Assembly: GCA_025603075.1 (NCBI GenBank)
Contig: MU626340.1
Coordinates: forward strand, 1-64,000
DNA from: Neoconidiobolus thromboides FSU 785
Taxonomy: Eukaryota > Fungi > Entomophthoromycota
Reading direction: 5' to 3'
Length of the DNA stretch: 64,000 nucleotides
The notes below the pieces were generated by a model. It was not told the DNA's origin, made no database searches, and saw nothing but the letters and a program-made list of their open reading frames with translations. Below, piece after piece: positions 27,495 through 39,109 of the stretch (position 1 is the first letter of the stretch; each line of letters opens with the position of its first letter). A program made the translations under genes and the position numbers.

Positions 27495-27955
27495 TCTGTC
27501 GCAAAAAGTGAAAAAATTTGCAGAATCTTTCCGAATGAGGGTGACACACTGAAACAGTATAAACCACTCTTTACAATTTACTACTGTTTTCAGAAAACAA
27601 ACTTCAAAAGATTACCAATAAGACTAATTTATGCTATGGAAAATGATAGTTAAAATCACCATTTTTTTTGAGGTTCAGTTTTCGCAACAGAATATATAGG
27701 AAAATTTAATATTTCATAGTTTATTATAGTATGGAAAGAAACTTTGATACCATTTTAAGCAATTAATAGCTCAACAAAAGTAATAAATATAAAAACCAGT
27801 GCATATAATTTTAGTTTGTCTTTAAAATATTTATCAATAGCTCTTATTAAAGACATAATAAGGTAATGAGTATTATTTAAAATTAATTTTAAAATATTTA
27901 CATTTATATTTAGTTTTTGTTGCTTTTTAATTATTTAAGAATTAGGACCAACTTA

Positions 27956-28061
27956 ATATGGGAGTGTTTTTTTGTCTTCATTACTTTTTCCATCCCTCAA
28001 ACACTATTTGAGCGGAAAAGTTGTTAATAAAATTATTAAACACAAAAATACATCCCCATAT
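27956..28061 (+). mobile_element. MITE-like element copy
   Basis: Full termini; ATAT/ATAT flanks. Confidence 0.9.
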
Positions 28062-28152
28062 GTTTACTTGTTAAAAATTAAAAGTTTTTTATTATATGAT
28101 ACCTTTATTAACATTTTGTTTTATTATTTTGAATAAAAAACAGTCCTTTAAA

Positions 28153-28257
28153 ATATGGGGATGCGTTTTTTTATTTAAGAATTTTATTACAATCTTTCCA
28201 CTCAAATAGCGCTTAAAAAATGGAAAAATAATGAAACTAAAAAAAACAGCCCCATAT
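28153..28257 (-). mobile_element. MITE-like element copy
   Basis: Full termini; ATAT/ATAT flanks. Confidence 0.9.
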
Positions 28258-28381
28258 ATATAATTACTATTTTCAATTCTAGCGCTAATGACTTCAATAC
28301 TTATATTATTTTTGATGATATAATAACAGAGTCTTGTGTTAACTTTCAGATTTTTATCTTTATTACTTATTTTGATATAGT

Positions 28382-28480
28382 TAGGAATATATTTTTTTAA
28401 AGAATTTTACTAATAATCTTTCCATTCAAACAACACTCAAAAAAATGGAAAAAACAATGATACCAAAAACATCCCCAAAT
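28382..28480 (-). mobile_element. MITE-like element copy, degenerate left end
   Basis: aagaattttactaa…atggaaaaa…acatcccc. Confidence 0.75.
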
Positions 28481-28773
28481 GGTATAAATATTTTTCTTTT
28501 TTTTGTTAATAGATACTTTTTAAAAAGATTGATATTAAATTCATTTTAATCTATTAATTTTTTTACCATTTGTATTTACTCTAACATTATTGTTTTTGTA
28601 TATTGATTGTTTTTAATTTGTTTTTTATAATATTAATTATTTTATTTTTGACATTAAAATACTTATGATAATAACATAAGCTATAAAATGTTATATTTTA
28701 ATATTAATTAATAATACAAATATTTTGTAATGACACTACTACTTTTTATTCAATCAAAGAAAGAATTATCATC

Positions 28774-28882
28774 ATATGGGGATGTATTTTTGTGTTTAAT
28801 AATTTTACTAACAACTTTTCCGCTCAAATAGTGCTTGAGGGATGGAAAAAGTAATGAAGCTAAAAAAACACTCCCCCCATAT
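28774..28882 (-). mobile_element. MITE-like element copy
   Basis: Full termini; ATAT/ATAT flanks; near reverse complement of 27956-28061. Confidence 0.9.
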
Positions 28883-29054
28883 ATTAAAATTATAAAATAC
28901 AACTATATAATGTTTACGTATAAACAAACGCTACTAGCTTTCTGGTAGTATATAAGTTGAAAAGAATATAGCCTGGTTGTACTCCTTATTAAAACTCTTT
29001 AAATTTTAATTTTTTATCTAATATTATCAAATTTGAATAAGTTTGTAAAGTAAT

Positions 29055-29161
29055 ATATGGGGATGTATTTTTGTGTTTAAGAATTTTACCAACAAATTTT
29101 CCGCTTAAATGGCGCTTAGAAAATGGAAAAAATAATGAAGTCAAAAAAAACACTCCCATAT
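29055..29161 (-). mobile_element. MITE-like element copy (young subfamily)
   Basis: Full termini; ATAT/ATAT flanks. Confidence 0.9.
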
Positions 29162-29517
29162 GCCTTACTGAAGAACTCTTTAAATCGGATTTTTATTTTA
29201 GCACTTCATTAAAATGAGGTCATCAAAAACAGTTTGCTGTAGTTTAAAATTATAAATTTATAGAATAACGTCAGCTTAAAAATAAGTTTAAATAATACAA
29301 GCAATAAAATGTTTAAAAGGCGATAAGGCGGCTATTAACATTTCATCCAAGTCAACTGATAACATGAGTTTTTTAAGGATCATTCTGATGTAAAACAGTG
29401 ATCGAATAAATTGTATAAGTTAACAACTAAATTCTGAAATAAAGTCATTATGAGATCATTAATTCAAAGAGTATAAATACCCGAACAGAAATTTAATAAA
29501 ATATCAAAAAAATAAAA

Positions 29518-29829
29518 ATGTTCGGTAACAAAAAAAGAAGTGATAGCAAAGTCAATGGAAAGAAGAATGAAGTAGCTGGCAGCTTTAAACAAATGTTTGG
29601 GAAATTGACCTGGAATTATTCAATGAGAAATCGCGGATTTGCCCAAAAGAACCATGGTAAAATGGAACAAAATATGGCTAAATCAAAAGGATATGCTAAC
29701 GGCGTTAAACACTCAGCAAAAGGAAGTAGCAAAACTTGGTTTGGCTCTAAAATTGGCAACCCCAGAATGTACACCTCTGGAAAAAAACACACCGCCAAGG
29801 GTAACTTCTTAAAGAGAATTCATTCTTAA
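29518..29829 (+). CDS. Hmp1/CsbD-like small protein, very basic (103 aa)
   Basis: SKVNGKKNEVAGSFKQMFG…KGYANGVK…SGKKHTAKG follows the pattern I recall for Ustilago Hmp1 and CsbD-like proteins. TATAAA lies about 45 nt upstream. Confidence 0.7.
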   Translation: MFGNKKRSDSKVNGKKNEVAGSFKQMFGKLTWNYSMRNRGFAQKNHGKMEQNMAKSKGYANGVKHSAKGSSKTWFGSKIGNPRMYTSGKKHTAKGNFLKRIHS

Positions 29830-30253
29830 TCTTATTTTTTATATTAATTAATAAACTTGTAAATATGTAAAATGTTTTATAACTGACTTATTTTTATCCT
29901 TCTATTCATAAAATAATCTTAATAGTTTATAATAATATATATTTCATAATATTTAACACTGATTATATTATTAGCACTAATTTAAAGTCCTTATTCTAGT
30001 CGCTATCAAATTGATTCTACTATTATGTAATCATTTCAATAAAACTATTTCCTAAAGATTAAACAATTTTTACTGAATGTATTCCTATGCTATTAGTCTA
30101 AATTACATGGAACTTATAAATTCGATTTATACTTCTTACCTAAAATTAATCATGTCATAAATCTATAAAAAAATCTCAAAAAGTAAGCTCGAATTTAAAG
30201 TTAATAATGGCGGATTAATTAAATAATTTAAAATAAAATATATTTTAAAATTT

Positions 30254-30921
30254 TTAGAAAACAAGAGCAGCACCCTTGGTTTTCTTGTCACCACCAAGTT
30301 CGAAGTGTTTGCAACGTTTTAATGGTAATTGAGCCTTATACTTGCATACAGTGCACTCAAGACGAAGGACAACCTTTTTGGTAGTTTTGGCCTATTCATG
30401 ATTTAATTTGAAACCTCTTTTAATTCGAATAGTGTTACCTTTTTCTTGAAAACTGGTTTAGTTTGACCACCAAAACCGGATTGTTTAGCATCGTAACGTC
30501 TCTTACCTGAAAAATTAATCTTTGTAAATCTTTGATGTTAAACTATTTACCTTGAGCGAAAAGAGAGGCTTTTCCGGTCTTGTATTGAGTAACTTTGTGA
30601 GGGGTATGCTTACGGCAAGCCTTACCCTTGCAGTAGGTGTTACGGGTTTTTGGAATATTGACCTAGTTCTTTTGTCAGTTCATTATTCCGTTTCATTATT
30701 TTAAACTTTCAAAGCTATTTATTTTTTATATTGTAATCTTCAGAAAGTGATGTAGTTTGGTATTTTGCAATAAGCTCTTATTGTTATGTTGAGCTATACT
30801 CTGATATTTCGATGGTTGCATCTGCATTTCATTTGCTCCATTATAGTTCTTTTTCTTTGTTGTCGCTTTTACTTTATATCCAAGTCTTCTGTTTATGTGT
30901 GATTAAGCATATGCTTACCAT
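30254..30921 (-). CDS. RPL42: 60S ribosomal protein eL42 (L42/L44); ATG alone at 30919-30921, then a 256-nt intron and two short introns
   Basis: Spliced [78 protein letters not shown]…RCKHFELGG. Confidence 0.97.
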
Positions 30922-31577
30922 TTTTCTTAAAGAGGAGGTTCCTACTACAAATTAGAAAAGAGGATGATTTTAGTGTATAGATTCATATTATTTTACTAAA
31001 TCGGCACTGCTTGGGTAGTAACTTGAACTCTTGCAGCATATCATATTTCTTATCCAATCATTTTTTTACTTTGCTTTTAATTTCATTTTTAGCTTACTTT
31101 TATGAATTTTGCTTTAATTCATTTCAAAATTAAATAACAATAATATCTAAATTAAATGTTAATGTATAAAACTATATAATATTATTTAAAATAGTTTTAT
31201 TGTGTTACATATTCATGTTTAATAAATAGTGTTTTATAATATTTTTTTAAATATCAAGGCATGAAAACATTGAAATAATATATAAATTTTATAAAAGATA
31301 CTTTGTATCTTTTAAACTTAGCCTTTAAAAAATGTGTAGATATTAATTTCTTATATGTTATCATAATTAAATATGAGTTAGTATGATATATTTCATAAAA
31401 CAATTTTTGCTAATATACTATAAAGCTTTTATAATTTAGTAGTTTTTAGTGCAAAATAAAATTAATAAAAAAATACAATTTGAAGAATCAATGACAAGAA
31501 CCAATAGCAATTAAGCTTCAAATAAACAAATTTTTACTTTTCAACTTGATTAGTTTTTATTTTCAATTAAATATCAA

Positions 31578-33481
31578 ATGAGTAAGAAACCAAATGCTGA
31601 TGAAGTAATCACTATATGAAATACAATCACTATTTACTTAACGATTCCATTTTAGATTGCGATCCAGCATAAAAAATTATTAGAAAGGATAAAAAATAGT
31701 CAAAATCTAATCAATCCAAGTAACTATGGAGCACCAAGACCACCACCATTAAATACTACAAACACCAATTTTGTACCCCGACAACCTCTGGGAACACCTT
31801 CACTTGTGAGCAACCAAGTACGTCCTGGAGGGATAAGGCCATTAGCCCCACAGGGTGTACTTTCCTCAGCAGAATTACAAAAGAAGATTTTGGAAGGACA
31901 AAAATTAAAAGAAACAATTTTACAACGAAAGGTAAGCAAATATACAAGTAATTGTCTTAAATTAAATGATTTTTTCAGAAAGAAATCGAGTCTAGGACTG
32001 CTGAACCCAAAATTAAGGGCGGACTGAATATGCAGCTGCATCCACTTTTAGCTCAAATAGGAAAAAAGATTGATCAAGAAACAATAACCAATTTCATACC
32101 AAGAAATAAATTTGTTACAGCTAAAGTAATTTATGATTTATTTTATAAATAATTATTTTGTTCTAATTGAAATTAAGGCTAATCAAAAACAAACCAGTAA
32201 ACCGGCTGTAAAAGAAGTAGAAAAGCCTAAAGAAGAAGAAAAGGAATCAATAACTAAAAACCCATATTTTGATCCAGAACTTGGGATGCAATATGCTGTC
32301 CCTAAGCCTAGATTAAACCGAAGCTTTAAGTTCAATGAGCAAGGTAAATGGATCGAAAGAGGCAATCAAGTGAGAGCTGAGGTATAATCTATTTTATTAT
32401 ATAAGGTTAGATATTGATGATGTTATTTTAGGCTATGGTTGAAAAACTTCGAGAACAAATTGCAGCAAGGGCGAAGGCTGCAGGAATGGAAGAAGAATTA
32501 GAATTAGTTTCGGATAAAGTGCTTAAGGTAATTCTTTTAAAATTTAATATTCAAAACTAATAAATATGAAAATAGAGAGATCCAGCTCCGGAAGTAGAAT
32601 GGTGGGACAGAGAGTTTTTTGCTCAACCAGCACTTGGTATAGAAAGAGTATTTGATTATAATAAATTAGAGTTTGAAGAGCGTAATGGAGTAACTAACCT
32701 GATACATCATCCTGTGGAGATTAAACCACCATTTGAAAAAAGAAAAGTGGTCAGTAAACCATTGATGCTTACCAAACAAGAAAGGAAGAAATTGAGACGT
32801 CAAAGAAGAGCTGAAGAACTTAAAGAGAAACAGGAAAAGATTAGATTAGGTTTATTACCCCCGGAACAAACTAAGGTAAAATTGTCGAACTTAATGAGAG
32901 TATTGGCAAGTGAGACAGTAGAAAATCCAACTCAAATTGAAGCCCAAGTCCGTTCACAAGTAGCTGATCGTAAGAGAGAACATGAGAAACAAAATGAGGA
33001 ACGTAAGCTTACTGATGAACAGCGCCGAGAAAAAATACGCAAAAAAGCTGTTGAAGATGTTCGTCAAAATGGATTGTTATCATTAGTGTTTAAAGTAAGA
33101 AATTTGGATTCTAAACAACATAAATTTAAAGTTGATAAAAATGCAACACAAAACCAACTTAGTGGGATGGGAATACTTAACAACAATTTTTGTTTAATTG
33201 TTGTTGAAGGAGGGCCTAAGGGAATAAAAAGATATAAAAAATTGATGTTACGTAGAATTCAATGGGATGAGTCTAGCTCGGATCCAGACTCTGCTAATTA
33301 TTGTCATTTAGTTTGGGAAGGTGAAATACACTCACGCCAGTTTAAAGGATTTTCATTTAAGCCTTGCCCTACAGATTCAATTGTTCGTCAAACTTTATCA
33401 AAGTTTAAAGCTGAGCATTATTGGGATTTAGCTAAATCATTGAAACATGATTATGTTATATTCGAGCCAAATCATTTATAA
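31578..33481 (+). CDS. PRP3: U4/U6 snRNP splicing factor Prp3; multi-exon
   Basis: VEWWD, LIHHPVEIKPP, LTKQERKKLRRQRR, KVKLSNLMRVL, HKFKVDKNA, VVEGGPKGIKRYKKLMLRRIQW and CHLVWEG. Confidence 0.95.
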
Positions 33482-33677
33482 GTAATAAATTGAGTTTGAT
33501 AATTTAAACAAGTAAAAGCATTATTCTTAATTTATTGTAAATTGATTTTTAATTAAGAACATTTGGTAGCCAATAAAAAGTAAAAAATAAAAAACTTTAA
33601 AAATATGTCAACATTTTTAATATATTTTTAATATATTTTTAAACAATAATAATAATAGCCAAGATTAATTATAAACA

Positions 33678-34682
33678 ATGAGTACAAAATCGTTTTTCGA
33701 AAAAACAAGGGTCAAAATAGGCTTAGGGATATTTAGTATAATAGGAGTCTTAGTGATATTTTTTAGCTTAAGTATTCACTTTTATTTAAGTGGAGGAGAA
33801 AGTTCAGTATTCAAAAAAGAAATCGATAATGATAAAATGAATGTGTTTGTTTTAGCTTCTGAATTTAATCACTATAAAAGGATATTAAAATTGAACGTCA
33901 ATTTAGTGCTAGGGAAACAGATTGATAAGAGTGGCTTTGAAAGTGAAGAGGAAATCCAAGAGAGTAATGAAGAAAAAGTAGAAAATAATGGCGAAGAAAA
34001 GGAATATAGTCTACAATATCAATTTTGTAATCAAAAAGGAGAATTCAAAACAAATAGTTAGTAATGATTATTGAAATATAAAAATAATAAAATAAACTTT
34101 GATTTTGTAGCTTTTTAAACTCAGAAGTTGAATTTGTATCTGGATCCCCAAAAGGATATCCGTTTGATGAGTATAAAGTGCCTTTGTCTCAAAATTATGA
34201 TTTAATCAAAAATAATCAATCTCAAGGCTTGGAGTTTGTTCTAAATTATCGAGCTCACTCTCTACCTTCTCTAGCTTTGTTAGAAATTGACTTAAATGGG
34301 AATAAATATTTGTTATTAAAAAGGGCACTTACTACCAAGTTATTAAGCGTAATAGTTATGATTTGTATGTGGGGAATATCGATATTTTTTATGTTATATG
34401 TGCTTAATCAAGTGAGACTAAAGAAAGCTATTACACCGAAATCTATTGCCATTGGAAACACAATTCTATTTGCATTCCCTAAGCTTAGGAATACGTTGCC
34501 AGATATCCCACCTATTGGCATCTATTTGGATTATTTTTCTTTTTTATGGTAAATACAATATAACAGATGATTATGTAAGTTAATAATTCAATTCATTATT
34601 TAGGAATATGGTCCTCGTTTCAATAGTAGTAATAATTCAAATTATATTATTTGTATTTAAATATAAAAAAATAAAAGGATAG
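33678..34682 (+). CDS. DUF4436-like multi-pass membrane protein; two introns
   Basis: N-terminal TM; GYPFDEY; C-terminal TMs with LFAFPKLRNTLPDIPPIGIYLDYFSFLW, matching the DUF4436 pattern (YPFDxY…LRNxxPxxPPxG…D…FxW) as I recall it. Confidence 0.7.
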
Positions 34683-34693
34683 TTGAACATTAT

Positions 34694-35710
34694 TTATTTA
34701 CTTAAAAATTCAATTGTCTTAATTTCATATTTATCGTCTTCTTTTTGTAGTTGTAAAATTACACTTCGCTCATACTTCAATGCTCCTGGATTAACAGTGA
34801 TTACATGCTTATTTCTTGATAACCCCCAACCTGCATGAGTATGCCCATGAAAATGGATTAATGGTTGAATTTCTTGTGCAATCTGGTTTATACTATCACT
34901 TCCAGATTCTAATAATGAATCTTCTTCAACAGCTACTCTAGTAGTATCTAAAAAAGATTAGCATATGAAAATAGCGGTTTATAGCTAGTACATGAATTGC
35001 TTGGGCCTTGATGGGTAATCAAAATAATTTGTGATTCCTCTTTTATTTGATCTTTAAGTTTATTAAATTTTTCTAATATTTTAGCTTCATTGTATGGAAA
35101 TCCTAAAATAATTATAATTAAAATAACAAAGACTTTTTTAATCTACCTAACCAATAAACTTTTTCTTTTAAAATAGAATCAACGCTACCACCCATTCCCA
35201 TTAATATCAAATTAGGGGCTTTCGACTATTAGTATTACTATAAAATCATAAGCTAATTATTACCAATATTAGTCGTTTGTTCGTGAACATTAATAAAACA
35301 CTGTGGATCTAAATCAAATTTTTTGATAAAATCAATAGAGCTATTAAACTCTTTAAAACACAGTTTAGGGTCATGGTTTCCTATTTAATAATAAAAACCA
35401 ATATAATAACGAATTCAACTTATATTACCTGGAATATAGTAAACGATTGGATTTATTTCGCTTAGTTTTTTCATCACAGCTACCATTTCAAGCTCATCCT
35501 TACTTTGATCCGAGTTATCAAAGTGATCCACATTAACAATGTCGCCTAAGCATATAATGGCATCTAACCTGGATCATTTAAGTGATGCAATTTATAGTTT
35601 ATTACTATTTACTTAATATCTTTGTCTTTAATTCTTAGCTTTAACTTATCAATTGCTTGAAGTTGGTAATGAATGTCAGTTACTATCAAATAATTTAATT
35701 TTTGGGCCAT
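34694..35710 (-). CDS. Calcineurin-like metallophosphoesterase; multi-exon; missed by the ORF track
   Basis: Spliced motifs VTDIH, CLGDIVN, PGNHDP, THQGP, HFHGHTHAG and INPGAL. Confidence 0.88.
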
Positions 35711-35768
35711 TGAAAGTTGAGATTAAAGAGTGACGAAGCGTAATCAAAAAAATTTAAAACAAAAATGA

Positions 35769-35841
35769 AGCCTGATATGGGGCTCGAACCCATGACCCTG
35801 AGATTAAAAGTCTCATGCTCTACCGACTGAGCTAATCAGGC
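35769..35841 (-). tRNA. tRNA-Lys (TTT)
   Basis: Reverse complement GCCTGATTAGCTCAGTCGGTAGAGCATGAGACTTTTAATCTCAGGGTCATGGGTTCGAGCCCCATATCAGGCT forms a canonical cloverleaf. Confidence 0.96.
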
Positions 35842-36129
35842 TTTTTAATTTTGATGTTTTCATTTTTAAAATTTAATTTATAAAATAATAGAATATTTCT
35901 CATATTAGATGGTAGTGTAGATACCAATACATGGACTGAAACTATAAATTTAATAACACAAGGGAAGTTGGTATCTATTAATTTACTTTAATCCATACCA
36001 AGGCATTTTTTCCAAGATTTTGAATTGTTTAAAATACCTAGCAAAATGTTTAACTATTATCTCTGCTATTTATTGAGCATAAATTAAAATTAAAAGAACT
36101 GAAGTTTTGTTGCTTGATTAATTAGCGGG

Positions 36130-37819
36130 ATGGATATTGGTAAAAGTAATTTTGCGATACATTATCCAGAGATTGAAAAGGCAATTAATACCTGCTCATT
36201 TATAAGTTTTGATGCTGAATTTTCGGGTAAGTTAGTTCAATAAATAAGATTAGATATAACCATTTGATTTTTAGGACTTGATACTTATAATACACAAGAA
36301 GAGTTAAGTAGTGATGAAAATGAGTCAATTTATTATAATATGAAAAAAAGAATGGGAGATTATAAGATAATTCAAATCGGATTGAGCGTTTTTCACCAAA
36401 TTCCAGTAAAACCAATACAATATCAAGCTAAGGTTTACAATTTTTATATCTTTCCAGCGGTAACAGACCAAAGAGAAGCTTCTTCAAAGTTTGTTTGTCA
36501 CCCTTCAGCTATCAATTTTTTGTGCAACGAAGGCTTTGATTTCAATAAACTTTTTTATGATGGTATGATTATTGACTGTATTCAATTAATAGTTTGTTTT
36601 TTGACTTATTTTAAAAGGGATCCCTTATTTAACCACTGAAGAAGAAGCTAAGTATAAAGAATCAAAGATGAGGATAATGGATAATAAGAGAGATTTAGCA
36701 GATATAGATGAAAGAGGCAAAGCATTTATGAAGAATAAAAAGTAATTAAATTACAACGTTTATAAATTATTAATCATTCAGAGAGGAAATAGTGAAGTTT
36801 TTGGAAGGCAGTGAATTAGAACTACCAATTACATGTCCAAATAATTATTTTAGAATACTAATTTATCAGAATATTTCAGCAGAGTAAGTCAATACATATT
36901 ATATTATCTATATATTTATTTATTTTTAGATATAGTACAAGTTTAATGGCAAAAGGGACGGATTCTGGAGTACTTATATCTAGATTTAATAAAAAAGAAT
37001 ACGATAGAAGTCAAAAAAAGAAACTAAATAAAATAGAGGTAAATATAAATAATTTGAAGATTAAGAGCATAACTTATTTCAATTGAAGAGAGAAATCAAA
37101 GAAAAAGTAGGGTTTAGAAAAGTAATTGATTGTATGATCAAGAGTAAAAAACCATTAATCGGACACAACATGTTTTTGGATATTTGTCATCTTTTAAAGC
37201 AATTTGTTATTACACCTTTACCGGATTCCTATAAAGATTTTTTAACAGTATTAAGAGAGAAATTCCCAGTGTAAATTTATTAAGTAAAATAATAACATTA
37301 TTAATTTTTAGTATCTATGATACCAAATTTTTGTTCGATTCAGCCTTCAATTTAAATGTAATTCAATTTTTATTATTTACAATCAACTTAATTTTGTTTT
37401 GTAGCATAACGAGACAAACGATTCTTCTTTACTTACAGTTAGAACAATTACTTCAAAAACTCCTTATCCCAAGGTCAAAATAAGTAAGTCAAATTGTATC
37501 AATTTAATTATTATTTTTAAAATAACTATTTTTAGAGTTTTATGAAGAACATAATAAATATTTAATGGGCGATGGATCACAACACCATGAAGCAGGTTAT
37601 GATGCTTTTGTTACTGGGGAAGTATTTTTAACTATTCTAGCTAAAGCAGGTAATTATTTAATGGATACTTTAAAATATTATTGTTCAATTTTAGTAGCTA
37701 ACGAAAATAAAAAATACAAAAAATATGATTGGGATTATTTATATAAGAGTACAGCAAGTCAAGAAAATAAGAATAGATTACATATTTCTCGTGGTAGTAA
37801 AAGATTTATAGCCCTTTGA
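36130..37819 (+). CDS. CAF1-family DEDD 3'-5' exoribonuclease, PARN-like; multi-exon
   Basis: SFDAEFSG, YKIIQIGLS, FLCNEGFDFNKLFYDG, IGHNMFLD, YDTK and HEAGYDAFVTG; R3H-like central segment. Confidence 0.9.
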
Positions 37820-38303
37820 ACACCAGTTTTGTTTTACCCTTCTTTAAGTTTATGGGATCCTTTTTTGCTTTTTTTTAACTATCTGTGACGTAATTTTTTT
37901 GAAATAAATTAGGTTAGAAAGATTCTTTTATGCATCAATGTTCATGTTTTGGGGTTTTATTATAATATAATAAGATCAACATATAAATCAATACTTTTGT
38001 TTCCTCAACTCATAGTACTATTTATAAAAATATATCAAAGCAAGAAAAATATATTTTAAAATAGTAACATTAAATGGTTTTGTTAATATCATTATACTAT
38101 CTGTCAAGTCTATTTTTCCAAAAATGTATCGAATTTTAATGCTAGTTTAATTAAAATAACGACCATTGCTCAAAATGTTCCAAGCCATTAAATTTCAAGG
38201 CTTTTAATGACAATGAATAGTTAGATTACGTCACTTAATGTAAAGCCTCGAAATTAATTTTGATATAAATATACATCAAACTAATGATGGAAATGCTCAA
38301 AAA

Positions 38304-38705
38304 ATGATTAATATCTTAAAAATTAGTTTCGTTGCCTTTTTATTAGCCTCTCTTCACGCCAATGATGAAAGTAAAATAAAATGTAATAGTATGTTTGGTA
38401 GAACTGCAAATGGTGATGGTACAAACACTTATAGCTTTTCATGTAGATGTACTGCCGATAGTAATAAAAGCACAGTACAAACTTATTGTGACTATAGGGG
38501 AAGTGAAATCAAATCTAACTGCTCTGGTAATCCTTTAAAATCCCCTGATAATGAATTAAGTTTACAAATCGCTAATTGTACAAATGGTATGGCCTTAGTT
38601 TCGCTCAAGTTTAAAGATGGTAGTTCAAAAACAGCTAATTTCCCTCTTTACTGTATTGGAGTAGGTATTGCTGGTTTAGATTGTAATGGTTCAGCAACTG
38701 TTTGA
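38304..38705 (+). CDS. Small secreted cysteine-rich protein, ANGDGTNTYSF family copy 1 (133 aa, 8 Cys)
   Basis: Intronless ORF with a hydrophobic signal peptide; motif and Cys spacing shared with three downstream paralogs. Confidence 0.9.
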   Translation: MINILKISFVAFLLASLHANDESKIKCNSMFGRTANGDGTNTYSFSCRCTADSNKSTVQTYCDYRGSEIKSNCSGNPLKSPDNELSLQIANCTNGMALVSLKFKDGSSKTANFPLYCIGVGIAGLDCNGSATV

Positions 38706-39002
38706 TTTATTAAATAAATTTAATCTAGAATTTTGTAACAAAATTATCACTCTTTTTGTTTTCTTAGTTCAGACATTACAAAAAATTAATCCCTAAATTA
38801 ATAATTTGATATATTAATAATTTGATATACTAATAATTAGATATAAATATAACCTTGTTCTAAATATTACAATGTTTAATAGACATACCTATATATATTA
38901 CTTTTAAGTAATACATTTGTAAATATACACTTCAATTTTATTAAAATTATTTCATTTATCAACTTTTATTATTTGATGTAATTTTAGTAATAAAATTTTC
39001 AT

Positions 39003-39109
39003 AAATGGGGATGTATTTTTGTGTCTAAGAATTTTACTAACAAATTTTCCGTTTAAATAGCACTTAAAAAATGGAAAAAAATAATGAAGTCAAAAAAATA
39101 CTCCCAAAT
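39003..39109 (-). mobile_element. MITE-like element copy
   Basis: Full termini; direct repeat AAAT/AAAT. Confidence 0.9.

Noticed and set aside
27388-29161. Repeat cluster resembling a CRISPR array or bacterial REP/BIME
   Set aside because: Repeats are ~100 bp, in mixed orientation, with irregular spacers and TSDs; the genome is eukaryotic and no cas or RAYT gene is present.
30430-30510. Possible cycloheximide-resistance allele of eL42
   Set aside because: The sequence reads GGQTKPVF with Pro at position 56, the sensitive state; resistance is associated with Gln.
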